This document shows positions 1 to 10,132 of a DNA stretch of 64,000 nt, one piece after another (positions within the stretch are counted from its first letter, which is position 1; each line of letters starts with the position of its first letter). Both the position numbers and the translations under genes were made by a program. Under the pieces are notes generated by a model, which was not told the DNA's origin, did no database searches, and worked only from the letters and a program-made list of their open reading frames with translations. The stretch is taken from assembly GCA_965201135.1 (NCBI GenBank), contig OZ241751.1, forward strand, positions 771,663 through 835,662. Reading direction: 5' to 3'. Source of the stretch: Dehalococcoidia bacterium (GTDB taxonomy: Bacteria; Chloroflexota; Dehalococcoidia; Lucifugimonadales; Australimonadaceae).

Positions 1-675
1 CGGATAGTACTGCGCGAACTCCATATCGGCGAGCGCGGCGCCGGCGCGGTAGGCCAGCGCGACGCCGGAGCCTCCGCACTGCAGCGACGCCGTGCTCGGC
101 TCGTAGGCGCGACGGACCCCTCCAGTGGCCAGCGCGACGGCTTTCGCGTCGAACGCCCGAACATCGCCGGTCGCCAGTTCCAACGCGACGACGCCCGCGC
201 ACCGTCCGTCGGCGACCACGAGCGAGAGGGCGATCCATTCGTCGTGTATGGGGATGCCCGCGCCGACGGCTTGCTCGTAGAGCGTCTGCGTCACAGCGAG
301 GCCGGTGATGTCGTTGACGTAAGCGGCGCGGGGCTCGCCGCCGAAGGAGACGGGCGCGCGGGCGATAACGGAGCCGTCGCGGTTGAAGGGAACGCCGAGG
401 CGGTCGAGTTCCTCGACGAGGTTCGCGGCGTCGTAGCAGACGCTCTCGACCACGGCGGCGGGGCTGAGCCCCGCGCCTTTCGCCGTCGTCTCTTGCGCGA
501 GCGCGCGGCGGGCCTCCGGCGTCTCCGGCGCGTTCACGCCGTCCTGCTCCGCGACGGAGCGGCTGCGCGCGGGGTGCGATTGCGTGAGCATGGCGACGGA
601 CGCTCCGGCGGCTTTCGCCGCCAGCGCGGCGCGCAGCCCCGCGATTCCGCCTCCGACCACGAGCACGTCGACCAT
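1..675 (-). CDS. FAD-dependent oxidoreductase, SdhA/FrdA/NadB-like flavoprotein (5' part; continues beyond the window)
   Basis: Translated manually; not in the ORF track. MVDVLVVGGGIAGLRAALAA dinucleotide-binding start, then GVPFNR, AKAVALATGG, ALAYRAGAALADMEFAQYYP. GGAGG upstream of ATG at 675. Confidence 0.85.
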   Translation of the reverse strand, partial: MVDVLVVGGGIAGLRAALAAKAAGASVAMLTQSHPARSRSVAEQDGVNAPETPEARRALAQETTAKGAGLSPAAVVESVCYDAANLVEELDRLGVPFNRDGSVIARAPVSFGGEPRAAYVNDITGLAVTQTLYEQAVGAGIPIHDEWIALSLVVADGRCAGVVALELATGDVRAFDAKAVALATGGVRRAYEPSTASLQCGGSGVALAYRAGAALADMEFAQYYP

Positions 676-798
676 GCGCCTTCGCCTCCCTTGCGCCTTA
701 TGCGCGATGCCCGGCGGCGCCGTTCCCATTGCGCCGCCCCCGCTTACCTTACCACGACAGCCCCGCCAATGATAGGGGCGCCGCGCCCGAAGGGTTCC

Positions 799-1149
799 CT
801 ACCGAACCTCCGTTTGCGCGTCCAGCAGCAGGCAGGGCTCGCCCCATTGCTCGGGGTCGTCGAGCGACCAGTCCGCCGGGGATCCGGCGGGGCGCAGACG
901 GATTCCCTCGCCGCCGCCGTAGACCAGAATCACTACGCCGTCGCCGGAGTCCGACGCTTTCGCGGCCATCGCGGGCGCGGGCGCGCCGTCCGCCCAGCCG
1001 GTCACGTCGCACGCGCCCTCCCAACCGTCCGGGCGGAACGCCGCCGCGACCCACCGGACCTCGCAGGGGGACTCCAGCGCCTCGAACATCCGCGTGACCG
1101 AAAGGTCGCAGTTCGCTCCCGCCTCGACGTCCACCTCGATGAACTCCAT
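799..1149 (-). CDS. hypothetical protein (~116 aa)
   Basis: ORF with GGAGG before MEFIEVDVE; lies between two co-oriented genes. Confidence 0.6.
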   Translation of the reverse strand: MEFIEVDVEAGANCDLSVTRMFEALESPCEVRWVAAAFRPDGWEGACDVTGWADGAPAPAMAAKASDSGDGVVILVYGGGEGIRLRPAGSPADWSLDDPEQWGEPCLLLDAQTEVR

Positions 1150-1166
1150 ATCGCGCCTCCCGCCTC

Positions 1167-2465
1167 CTACGCTCCGCGAATCCGGACGCCCGCCGCGCTT
1201 TCGTAGAGATGCAGCGCCCGCTTGAAGATTGCGGCGTTGTCTCCGTCGCCCGCCTTGCGCCAAACGTCCGCCGCCGCCTCATTGAGCGGCAGCCGCAGCC
1301 CGGCGCTCCGCGCGCTCTCGAGAACGCGCTCGCAGAGCGGGGCGTAGACGGTCGCCGGAATCGCGGGGCGGGCGCCGCCGAAAATGGCGTCAGCGACGCG
1401 CTCCAATTGCGCCGACGCTCCGGACGCCGTCCGCATCACGTGGAACATCGCCTGCGGGTCCATCCCCAGTTTCGCCGCGAGCGCGAACGCCTCGAACACG
1501 CCGACGAGATAGAGCGCCGCCGTGAGGTTGTCCAACGCCTCGTAGGGAGCGTCCGCAGGCCGCTCATCCCCGGAGGGCGTCTCGCCCTTGACCTCCACGC
1601 CCGCCTCGCGCTCCAGCGCCTTCACCGCCTCGGTGGGGTCGGCCCGTCCGAGCCCTTGCTCGGCGGCGCGGAGCCACGAGTCGCGGGCGGCGTTCCGCAA
1701 GGGCAACTCCATCTCCGCCTGTCCGATCATCCAGCCCATCAACTCCTGATCTTTGATGTTGGTGGACACGTAGGACGTCTGCTCGAACGTCCGCGAGAGG
1801 ATCTTGGGCGCGATGCGGTCCAACTGACGGCTCGCCGCCGCTCCGCTCCGCATCACGGAGACCAGCGAGCCGACGTCGAGGCCCTGTTTCGCGCCGAGTA
1901 CGAGCGTCTCCATCACGCCGAGTTGGTTGACGTCTTTGACCATATTGTTGACGAGTTTCGCCATATTGCCGGAGCCGACCGGCCCCATAAGGCGCGCGTT
2001 GGCGGACACGGCGTCGAGCGCGGGGCGCGCCCGCTCCATCGCCTCCGCGCCGCCGCCGATCATCACGGTGAGGGCGCCGTCCCACGCGACTTGCCCCGTG
2101 CCGGAGACGGGCGCGTCGAGATAGGCGACGCCGCGCTCCGCGCAGACCGCCTCCATCCGCCGCGCGAACTCGGGATGGACCGTCGAGTGGTCGAGCGCGA
2201 CCGCGCCCGGCTCCGCGCCCGCCAGAACGCCGTCCTCTCCGCATAGGACGGACTCGACGACGGCGTCGCCCACGAGGCAGAGCCCCACGACTTCGGCGCC
2301 CCGCGCCGCGTCGGCGGGCGACGCCGCGGCTCTCGCGCCCATCGCCGCCAACTCTTGGACTTTGCCTTGGCTGCGGTTCGCCGCCGCGACGTCGTGCCCT
2401 GCCTTCAGCAGGTTGACCGCCATCGGCTTCCCCATCATGCCCAGTCCGATGAATCCGATACGCAT
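1167..2465 (-). CDS. NAD(P)-dependent oxidoreductase, 3-hydroxyisobutyrate/6-phosphogluconate dehydrogenase family, with a repeated C-terminal helical domain
   Basis: MRIGFIGLGMMGKPMA, DAPVSG and KLVNN motifs; second 'EAFALAAKLGMDP' helical unit. Confidence 0.9.
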   Translation of the reverse strand: MRIGFIGLGMMGKPMAVNLLKAGHDVAAANRSQGKVQELAAMGARAAASPADAARGAEVVGLCLVGDAVVESVLCGEDGVLAGAEPGAVALDHSTVHPEFARRMEAVCAERGVAYLDAPVSGTGQVAWDGALTVMIGGGAEAMERARPALDAVSANARLMGPVGSGNMAKLVNNMVKDVNQLGVMETLVLGAKQGLDVGSLVSVMRSGAAASRQLDRIAPKILSRTFEQTSYVSTNIKDQELMGWMIGQAEMELPLRNAARDSWLRAAEQGLGRADPTEAVKALEREAGVEVKGETPSGDERPADAPYEALDNLTAALYLVGVFEAFALAAKLGMDPQAMFHVMRTASGASAQLERVADAIFGGARPAIPATVYAPLCERVLESARSAGLRLPLNEAAADVWRKAGDGDNAAIFKRALHLYESAAGVRIRGA

Positions 2466-2598
2466 CCGCGCTCTCCGCCGCGAGAAGTAGGCGAATGATA
2501 CGGCATGCCCGCGCGGGCGAATCGCGGGCGATGGGATTAAGAGCGAAATCGCGCTATTATTCCCCCTTGCGGCGCGACGCCGCAAAGGAGCGCAACGC

Positions 2599-3588
2599 AT
2601 GCAATACCGCAAACTGGGCGACAGCGGCCTCGACGTCTCCGTCATCGGACTCGGCGCCAATAACTTCGGCAACCCATCGCGCATCGCCGACCACGCGGAG
2701 AGCAAGCGCGTGCTCGACAAGTGCCGCGACATCGGGATCAACCTCATCGACACCGCCAACATCTACGGCGGCGGACAGAGCGAGGTCCACGTCGGCGAGG
2801 CGCTCCGCGGCTCCCGCGGCGACTTCCTCATCGCCACCAAGTTCAACCTCAACGGACTGAACGGCCAATCCCCCGCCGACCGGATACGCGCCAACGTCGA
2901 GGAGAGCCTCGCCAAACTGCGGACGGACGTCATCGACCTCTACCAGATCCACTTCATCCCCCACGGGATTCCTCACGAGGAGTACCTGGAGCCGCTGAAC
3001 GACCTCGTCGCGCAGGGCAAGGTTCGCCGCATCGGGGAGTGCAACTACTCCGGCTGGCGCCACGCCGATGCGAACCGGGCGGCGGAAGAGCGAGGCTGGG
3101 CGCGGTTCGTCTCGGCGCAGAACAACTACAGCCTGATGCGGAGGCACGCGGAGTTGGAGTTGCTGCCCTACTGCACGGAGCATAACGTCGGCTTCCTGCC
3201 CTACTTTCCGCTCGCCGGCGGATGGCTGACGGGCAAGTACTCCGGCGGCGCGGAGGTTCCCGGGAGCGCGAGGCGGATGGTCGGCCAGTTGCAAGGCGAC
3301 GAGCGCTCTCGATCCGTCCTCGCCAAACTCGACGCTTTCGCCGGCGAGCGCGGACGCTCCGTCCTCGATCTGGCGTTCGCGTGGCTGCTCGCGCACCCGG
3401 CGGTCAGTTCCGTCATCGCGGGGGCGATGACTCCGGAGCAGGTCGAGGCGAACGCGGCGGCGGCGGACTGGACGCTCACGCTCGAAGAACGCGACGCCGT
3501 GGACGCCATCGCCTCTTGGGACGGGACGGACGAGGAGATCGAGCGATTCGGCATGGGGACGGACGTTCCGCCCGCGCCCGCCCGCTAG
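2599..3588 (+). CDS. aldo/keto reductase
   Basis: MQYRKLGDSGLDVSVIGLG, DTANIYG, IATKF, DLYQIH, PYFPLAGGWLTGKY; AAGGAG RBS. Confidence 0.95.
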   Translation: MQYRKLGDSGLDVSVIGLGANNFGNPSRIADHAESKRVLDKCRDIGINLIDTANIYGGGQSEVHVGEALRGSRGDFLIATKFNLNGLNGQSPADRIRANVEESLAKLRTDVIDLYQIHFIPHGIPHEEYLEPLNDLVAQGKVRRIGECNYSGWRHADANRAAEERGWARFVSAQNNYSLMRRHAELELLPYCTEHNVGFLPYFPLAGGWLTGKYSGGAEVPGSARRMVGQLQGDERSRSVLAKLDAFAGERGRSVLDLAFAWLLAHPAVSSVIAGAMTPEQVEANAAAADWTLTLEERDAVDAIASWDGTDEEIERFGMGTDVPPAPAR

Positions 3589-3615
3589 GCGGCGCTACGC
3601 TCGCGTCGGCGGGCG

Positions 3616-4737
3616 CTACGCCGCGCCGGCGCGGACTTTGCCGGCGACGCGGTCTATGAGGGCGGACTCCATCGTCATCGGGCCGCCCAGGCGGTCGTTG
3701 CGCCATGCGACGACTTCGGCGACGATGCTGAGCGCGATCTCCTCGGGAGAGCGTCCGCCGACGTCGAGGCCGATGGGGGCGTGAATTTCCCGGAGCCGCG
3801 CCTCGGGAACGCCCTTTCGCAAGAGCGATTCGTAGATCATTATCGTCTTGCGCTTGCTGCCGAGCAGCCCGACGTAGCCGGCGTTCGACCGGGCGGCGGC
3901 CTCCGTCGCGTCGTCGTCGAAGTGGTGGCCGCGCGTGCCGACGACGATGGCGGCGTTCGGCGTGACGGGGAAGGCGCGAAGGCCCTCGGAGTAGGGCGCG
4001 ACGTTAACGGACTCGGCCATCGGGAAGCGCTCCGCGTTGGCGAACTCGCGGCGGTCGTCGGTCACCATCACGCGGAAGCCCATCATCTGGGCGAGGCGCG
4101 CCACCTGCAGATTGACGTGGCCGCCGCCGACGCAGATCAGCAGCGCGGGAGCCGTGTAGCCCTCGACGAAGACCTCGTCGCCCTGCTCCGTTCGGATGCG
4201 GGCGGTCTTGCCCATCGGCGTCGCGTCGCGGGCGGCCTCAATGGCCTGAGCGTCGAGGGCGGGGTCGCCGAGCGATCCCTCGGGCGGCGCGCTCTCTCGG
4301 ACGACGACGTAGGCGCCGATGGGGAGGCGGCCGCTCGAGACGAGCGTCGCGACGGCGAGGGAGGGGCCTCCGGCGTAGGCGGCGGCGATTTCGGCGGCGA
4401 GGGCGCGGGCGGACGGCGCGGCGGCGGCGTAGGGCTGAATGTAGAAGAACATAGAGCCGCCGCAGACGAGCCCGTCGCGGGCGGCGATATCCTCGTTGAG
4501 GAAGTAGCGCTTGTAGAGCGGGCCGGAGCGCTCGCGGAGCGCTTCCTTCGCGGCAAACCAGATGTCGCCCTCCACGCAGCCGCCGCCGAGCGTGCCGACG
4601 GTGGAGCCGTCGTTGCGGACGAGGAGCGCAGCGCCCGGCTTCTGCGGCGTGGAGCCTTGCGTGTGGACGACGGTGGCGATGACGAAATCGTCGTTGGCGT
4701 CCGCGAGGGCGGCGGCTTCGTCGTAGACGGCTTTCAT
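3616..4737 (-). CDS. xdhC: XdhC/CoxI family molybdoenzyme accessory protein
   Basis: GSTPQKPGA, GTLGGGCVEG, GLVCGG, GYVGLLGSKRK, HAPIGLDVGGRSPEEIALSI. Confidence 0.93.
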   Translation of the reverse strand: MKAVYDEAAALADANDDFVIATVVHTQGSTPQKPGAALLVRNDGSTVGTLGGGCVEGDIWFAAKEALRERSGPLYKRYFLNEDIAARDGLVCGGSMFFYIQPYAAAAPSARALAAEIAAAYAGGPSLAVATLVSSGRLPIGAYVVVRESAPPEGSLGDPALDAQAIEAARDATPMGKTARIRTEQGDEVFVEGYTAPALLICVGGGHVNLQVARLAQMMGFRVMVTDDRREFANAERFPMAESVNVAPYSEGLRAFPVTPNAAIVVGTRGHHFDDDATEAAARSNAGYVGLLGSKRKTIMIYESLLRKGVPEARLREIHAPIGLDVGGRSPEEIALSIVAEVVAWRNDRLGGPMTMESALIDRVAGKVRAGAA

Positions 4738-4785
4738 AAGGCGATTGTAGCGCCCCGTCGCCGGTCGCGCCGCGGAAGGCCGCGG

Positions 4786-5019
4786 CTACGTCTTGCCGTT
4801 GGCGTCGTCCGCGCGGCGGGAGGGCGGAGGCTCCGTAAAGGGCTCGCCCTTGGCCTGAGCGGCCATCACCCGCTCGAGCCAAGCGTCCCATTCGGCGCGC
4901 TCGCGCCGCCCCTCCTCGAGGCCTTCCTCATACCCTTCCCGCCAGCCTTCGCGCCAGCCCTCGTTGATGAGGCGCGCCTTGCGCTCGTCCAGTTTCCTGC
5001 TCAGCAGCATCGAGAGCAT
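4786..5019 (-). CDS. 77-aa stand-alone duplicate of the C-terminal module of the upstream membrane protein
   Basis: Near-identical to 5027..5251 (MLSxLLSRKLDERK...AQAKGEPFTEPPPSRRA). Confidence 0.55.
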   Translation of the reverse strand: MLSMLLSRKLDERKARLINEGWREGWREGYEEGLEEGRRERAEWDAWLERVMAAQAKGEPFTEPPPSRRADDANGKT

Positions 5020-5026
5020 CGGAACG

Positions 5027-5521
5027 CTACGCCTTGCCGTTGGCGTCGTTGGCGCGGCGGGAGGGCGGAGGCTCCGTGAAGGGCTCGCCCTTGGCCTGAG
5101 CGGCCATCATCCGCTCGAGCCAGGCGTCCCATACCGCGTCCCGCACGACGCTCCCCTCTTGCCGACCCTCCTCACGGCCTTCGCGGCGCCCCTCGTTGAT
5201 GAGGCGCATTTTGCGCTCGTCCAGTTTCCTGCTCAGCAGCGTCGAGAGCATCACAACCTCCGTTATGCACAGGGACAGCCCCGCCGAGGCCACTGCCGCT
5301 GACGCCCAGCCCGCGACGACGTCCACGGCCCATTGTACCACGCCGCCTCCCGCGCCCGCGCCAAAGGTCTCGTGCCAGACGACGAGCGCGGAACTGCCGC
5401 TCATCAGCAGCAGGAAGAAGGTGAAATAGAGCCACCGCCAGCGCTCGTTGACGCTCCAGATGGACTCTCTGCGCTCGGCGGTTCCGCCGTTCTCCGGGAC
5501 GAGGACGTCGTCGGGTTGCAT
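5027..5521 (-). CDS. hypothetical two-TM membrane protein with an EGREEG-repeat C-terminal tail
   Basis: MQPDDVL start; hydrophobic WLYFTFFLLLM and WASAAVASAGLSLCI segments; EGRREGREEGRQEG tail. Confidence 0.7.
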   Translation of the reverse strand: MQPDDVLVPENGGTAERRESIWSVNERWRWLYFTFFLLLMSGSSALVVWHETFGAGAGGGVVQWAVDVVAGWASAAVASAGLSLCITEVVMLSTLLSRKLDERKMRLINEGRREGREEGRQEGSVVRDAVWDAWLERMMAAQAKGEPFTEPPPSRRANDANGKA

Positions 5522-5744
5522 CGGGCTCCCCTGCAAGTTTCGTTGAGCCGCGTCGAGCGGCGCAATGGCAGTGTCGCCAACGGCGTCCGATCCGCGCAAT
5601 GCCCGTTTGTCATACCCCGGCCCGTCCCCACCCCTCGCCGCCTGCCATCCGCCCCTCGCGCAGTCGCGGCGTCTGAGCGCACAATTGCTCGAGGCCGCCG
5701 TCGCCCCCTTGCGGCGGCCGTTCCTTGCGGAAGGAGAGCATCGC

Positions 5745-6176
5745 ATGCGCGCATTGCGGACAGGCCGCGACCTCGCGGAGCGGAGCGGCGTCGAGCCCGG
5801 CGGCGACCTCGCCCCGCTCCTGCGCGAACTCGGGCTGGAGGTCATCCCCTGGCGGTTCACCGGGCGTGTCCGCGAGGTCATCTTCGAAGGCGCCATCGGC
5901 ATCGACGACGCCCTCCCTGAGACGTGGAAGCGCTGGCTCACGGCGCACGCCATAGGCCATCACCTGCTGCACACCGGCGCGAGTCTCTACCTCGCGTCGC
6001 GCCAATGGGTGAACCGCGTCAAGGCGGAGCGCCAGGCCGAGGAGTTCGCCGCCGGGCTGCTTGTCCCCGCGGGCGCGGCGCGCAACGCCGGAGAGAACGC
6101 CGTCGCCGTCCGCTGCGGCGTCCCGCGCGAGAAGGCGCGCTGGGCGCTCGACCGCCTCGCCGAGGCGGGGGAGTAG
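5745..6176 (+). CDS. ImmA/IrrE family metallopeptidase-like protein (HExxH altered to HAIGH)
   Basis: RWLTAHAIGHHLLH...ERQAEEFAAGLLVP; AAGGAG RBS before ATG 5745. Confidence 0.8.
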   Translation: MRALRTGRDLAERSGVEPGGDLAPLLRELGLEVIPWRFTGRVREVIFEGAIGIDDALPETWKRWLTAHAIGHHLLHTGASLYLASRQWVNRVKAERQAEEFAAGLLVPAGAARNAGENAVAVRCGVPREKARWALDRLAEAGE

Positions 6177-6228
6177 GGGGCGCTCGCCTACGGAGCCCCG
6201 CCGCCCTAACCGCGCCAGGCCCGCGCCC

Positions 6229-6390
6229 ACGACGGGGCGCCGCCCCGTCTCCTAGTACCCTCTCCCGCCGCGTTCGCGGCGCCCTCCCTTTAGAGAGAGG
6301 GGGATACGAGATTCCCGCCTACGCGGGAATGACGGCAAGGGGGCGGCGCCGCGCGAGGCGAAGGGGGTAGGTTCCGTTTTCGCGGACGGA
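6229..6390. repeat. REP-like palindromic repeat cluster
   Basis: Modules GTACCCTCTCCCGCCGCGTTCGCGGC and ATTCCCGCCTACGCGGGAATGAC. Confidence 0.85.
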
Positions 6391-7049
6391 TGGTCTCCAG
6401 TAGGTTCCAGCAGGCCGTAGGCGGTCGCGTCGTGCAGGCGCCCCGTGCTTCCGCCCTTTAGGGCGCGGCGCGCGCTCTTGCTTATGGGAAACGATGACGC
6501 GCTTGCGCCGCTCTTCGATTTCGCCGGGGTCAAACCCAGGCCACGGCTTCATATTCTCGCTCGCGGCGAGCAGTTTCATCGCGTCGCCGCCATGGGCGGA
6601 CGCCTCCTCGAAGTGCTGGCGCAACCTTTGCGTCGTGCAGAAGCCCGGCTTGGGGAACGCCGGGCAGCCTCGATTGCTCGTCCATTCGGATTGTCCTCGC
6701 GGGGGGCCGTCCGCCTATGGATACCAGCCCCTTGCCGCGCTTGTCTATGGGCTGATGGCAGTCCGCGCTTGGGCCGCCCGCGAGCGTGTTCGGGACTGTC
6801 GAGCGTGCGGCCTTTTAGCATACCCTACCCTCCCAGAAGCGTTCGCTCATCCCCGGAGCGGCGCGTGACCTTGCGGTCGTCCATCGCCTCCAAGAGCGCG
6901 AGCGTGTGCTTGCCCTTGCCCCGCAGCGAGGCCAACGGCTCCCCGGAAGTCCGCCGCATGGAGAAGCCGTTAGGGTGGGGAGGGGAGGTTGTGGCGCAAT
7001 TCTTCCAACGCGCTGCGGCGCAAGCGGCGGTCGTCGCAGGACGCGGGAC

Positions 7050-10001
7050 CTAACCCCCCGACTTGGCGCGCTTGCACGGCTTGGCGGCGGCCGCGGGGGC
7101 GACGCCGTGCCGGGCGAGCGCGTCGCGCAGGAATCCGGCGGTGCGCGACTCGGGGTGAGCGGCGACCTCCTCCGGTGCGCCCTCCGCGACGATCCGCCCG
7201 CCGTGAATCCCGGGGCCGGGGCCCATATCTATGACCCAATCGGCGTTCTTGATCACGTCCAAGTGATGCTCGATGACCAGCACCGTGTTGCCGCCGTCCA
7301 CGAGGCGGTGGAGGACGCGCAGCAGATGGGCGGCGTCCTCGAACGAGAGGCCGGTGGTGGGCTCGTCCAGGATGTAGAGCGTTTTGCCGGTGGCGCGGCG
7401 CGAGAGCTCCGTCGCGAGTTTGACGCGCTGCGCCTCTCCGCCGCTGATCGTCGTCGCCGGCTGCCCGAGCCGGATGTAGCCCAGCCCGACGGCCTCCAGC
7501 GTTTCGAGTTTGGACTTGATTCGGGGGATATTGGCGAAAAGCGCGTGCGCCTCCGTCACCGTCATCTCCAGCACGTCGGCGATGCTCTTGCCGCGGAAGC
7601 CGATTTCGAGGGCGTCCTCGTTGTAGCGCCTGCCGTTGCAGATTTCGCAGGGAACGGTGACGTCGGGCAGGAACTGCATCTGTATCTGGACGTAGCCGTC
7701 GCCCTGGCAGGCTTCGCAGCGCCCGCCCTTGACGTTGAACGAGAAGCGCCCCGGCATATAGCCCCGCGCTTTGGACTCCGGGAGCGACGCGAAGATTTCG
7801 CGGATCGGCGTGAACGCGCCGGTGTAGGTCGCGGGATTGCTGCGCGGCGTCCGCCCGATGGGCGACTGGTCTATGTTGACGACCTTGTCGACGTTGTCGA
7901 GCCCCTCGACGCCGTCGCTGAGGCCGGGGCGGTCTTTGGCGCGGTAGAGGCGCTGGGCGAGCCATTTGTAGAGCGCCTCGTAGACGAGCGTGGACTTGCC
8001 GGAGCCGGAGACGCCCGTTACGCAGATGAACTTGCCGAGGGGGAAGTCGACGTCCACGTTGCGGAGATTGTTGGCGCGGGCGTTTTTGACGCGCAGGCGC
8101 TTCCCGTTGCCGGTGCGCCGGGCGAGCGGCGCGGCGATCTCGCGTCTGCCGGAGAGATACGCGCCGGTGAGCGACGCCTCGCTCTCCTCGATGTCGCGCA
8201 CGACGCCCTCGGCGACGATCCAGCCGCCGCGCTCGCCCGCGCCGGGGCCGAGGTCGACGATGTGGTCGGCGGAGCGCATCATCGCCTCGTCGTGCTCGAC
8301 GATGAGCACCGTGTTGCCGAGGTCGCGGAGGTTCTTGAGCGTCTCGATCAGCCGCTGGTTGTCCACCGGATGGAGGCCGACGGACGGCTCGTCGCAGACG
8401 TAGAGCACGCCCATAAGGCCGGAGCCGATCTGCGTTGCGAGGCGGATGCGCTGCCCCTCGCCGCCGCTCAGCGTTCCGGCGGAGCGGGAGAGCGAGAGGT
8501 ACTCCAGGCCGACGTTCAGCAGGAAGGAGAGGCGGGAGTCGATCTCCTTGAGGATCTGGTTGGCGATGGCGAGTTCGCGGTCGGTCAGCGTCGGGGGGTC
8601 GGGGTGGTCGGGCCATCGCGGCTCGACGGGGGGCGCGGGCGCGAGTCCTTGCGCGGCTTGCGCCCACGCGCTCGCATCGGCGACGGAGAGGCCGGTCACC
8701 TGCATAATGGAGCGGTCGGCGATGGTTACGGCGAGGGCCTCCGGGCGCAAGCGCTCGCCGCCGCACGATTCGCAGGGGAGCGCGGTCATATAGCGCTCGA
8801 TCTCGCCGCGCATATAGTCGGACTGCGTTTCGTGGTGGCGGCGCTGCAAGTTGGGAATGACGCCCTCGTAGCCGGCTAGCCACTCGAAGACGCGCCCCGC
8901 CTGCGTGCGGTGCCGCACCTTCACCTTGCGCTTGTCCGGGTAGCCGTAGAGCAGCGTTTGCCGGACGTTTTCCGGCAACTTCCGCCATGGCGCGTCCATA
9001 GAGGCGCCTTCGGCGCGGACGACGCCGCGCATCACGCTGATGTACCAGGGCGAGGTGGAGCCGACGCGCGCCCATGGATGAATCGCGCCCTCGTCCAGGC
9101 TTAAACTTGGGTCGGGCACGATGAGTTCCGGATCGACGACGAGGCGAACGCCGAGCCCGGAGCAGGCGCCGCAGGCCCCGTGCGGGCTGTTGAAGGAGAA
9201 CGTGCGCGGCTCGATCTCGGCGAAACTGACGCCGCACCACGGGCAGGAGAACTGCTCGGAGTAGACGCGCTCCTCGTTGGAGTCGGCGTCCAAGGTGAGC
9301 ATTTGGCCTTCGCCGTAGCGGAGGGCGGTCTCGACGGAGTCGACGACGCGGCTGCGCTCCGTTTCGCCGTCGAGCACGAGCCTGTCGACGACGATTTCGA
9401 TGGTGTGCCAGCGCTGCTTGTTGAGTTCGATGGACTCGTCGAGCGTCCGCGTCTCGCCGTCGACGCGGACGCGGACGAAGCCGGCGGCGCGGGCGTCGTC
9501 GAGGACGTCCTTGTGCTCGCCCTTCTTGTGGACGACGCGCGGAGCGAGGAGCATCAGGCGGGCGCCGCGCTGGGCGAGGACGGCCTCCGTGATCTGCTGC
9601 GCCGTCTGCCGCTGCACGGGCCTGCCGCATCTGTGGCAGTGGGGGCGCCCGACGCGGGCGAACAGGAGGCGAAGGTAGTCGTAGATTTCGGTGACGGTGC
9701 CGACGGTGGAGCGCGGATTGTTGGAGACGCCCTTCTGATCGATGGAGATCGCGGGGGAGAGCCCCTCGATGTACTCGACGTCGGGCTTGTCCATGCGTCC
9801 GAGGAACTGGCGGGCGTAGGCGGAGAGCGACTCGACGTATCGGCGCTGGCCTTCGGCGTAGATGGTGTCGAAGGCGAGGGTGGACTTGCCTGAGCCGGAG
9901 GGTCCGGTGACGACGACGAGTTTGCCGCGCGGGATGGTTACGTCGACGTTTTTGAGGTTGTGCTCGCGCGCGCCGCGGACGACGATGCTTTCGAGGGCCA
10001 T
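7050..10001 (-). CDS. uvrA: excinuclease ABC subunit A
   Basis: [11 protein letters not shown], two Walker A motifs ([16 protein letters not shown]), [12 protein letters not shown], zinc fingers. Confidence 0.99.
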   Translation of the reverse strand: MALESIVVRGAREHNLKNVDVTIPRGKLVVVTGPSGSGKSTLAFDTIYAEGQRRYVESLSAYARQFLGRMDKPDVEYIEGLSPAISIDQKGVSNNPRSTVGTVTEIYDYLRLLFARVGRPHCHRCGRPVQRQTAQQITEAVLAQRGARLMLLAPRVVHKKGEHKDVLDDARAAGFVRVRVDGETRTLDESIELNKQRWHTIEIVVDRLVLDGETERSRVVDSVETALRYGEGQMLTLDADSNEERVYSEQFSCPWCGVSFAEIEPRTFSFNSPHGACGACSGLGVRLVVDPELIVPDPSLSLDEGAIHPWARVGSTSPWYISVMRGVVRAEGASMDAPWRKLPENVRQTLLYGYPDKRKVKVRHRTQAGRVFEWLAGYEGVIPNLQRRHHETQSDYMRGEIERYMTALPCESCGGERLRPEALAVTIADRSIMQVTGLSVADASAWAQAAQGLAPAPPVEPRWPDHPDPPTLTDRELAIANQILKEIDSRLSFLLNVGLEYLSLSRSAGTLSGGEGQRIRLATQIGSGLMGVLYVCDEPSVGLHPVDNQRLIETLKNLRDLGNTVLIVEHDEAMMRSADHIVDLGPGAGERGGWIVAEGVVRDIEESEASLTGAYLSGRREIAAPLARRTGNGKRLRVKNARANNLRNVDVDFPLGKFICVTGVSGSGKSTLVYEALYKWLAQRLYRAKDRPGLSDGVEGLDNVDKVVNIDQSPIGRTPRSNPATYTGAFTPIREIFASLPESKARGYMPGRFSFNVKGGRCEACQGDGYVQIQMQFLPDVTVPCEICNGRRYNEDALEIGFRGKSIADVLEMTVTEAHALFANIPRIKSKLETLEAVGLGYIRLGQPATTISGGEAQRVKLATELSRRATGKTLYILDEPTTGLSFEDAAHLLRVLHRLVDGGNTVLVIEHHLDVIKNADWVIDMGPGPGIHGGRIVAEGAPEEVAAHPESRTAGFLRDALARHGVAPAAAAKPCKRAKSGG

Positions 10002-10111
10002 AGACCTGCGCCGGGGTGGGGGTGCGGGCGGCGCGTGAGCCGCGCCGCCGTCGGGGATTATGATAGCGCTAGCGGGAGGAGGGAGTATGGCGCGAAGGCG
10101 CGCCTCCGTTG

Positions 10112-10128
10112 GAGACCTTTGCATAACC
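10112..10128. mobile_element. solo IS5/MITE terminal repeat
   Basis: GAGACCTTTGCATAACC, identical to the IS5 end, with no partner end nearby. Confidence 0.6.
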
Positions 10129-10132
10129 TAAC

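Noticed and set aside
6906..9630. Long ORFs antisense or out of frame to uvrA (657 aa, 886 aa) and similar Arg/Pro-rich ORFs throughout
   Set aside because: Shadow ORFs expected in high-GC DNA; they overlap well-supported genes and lack motifs.
10002..10110. LexA/SOS box upstream of uvrA (also checked upstream of ruvB)
   Set aside because: No GAAC-N4-GTTC or CTGT-N8-ACAG match found by eye.
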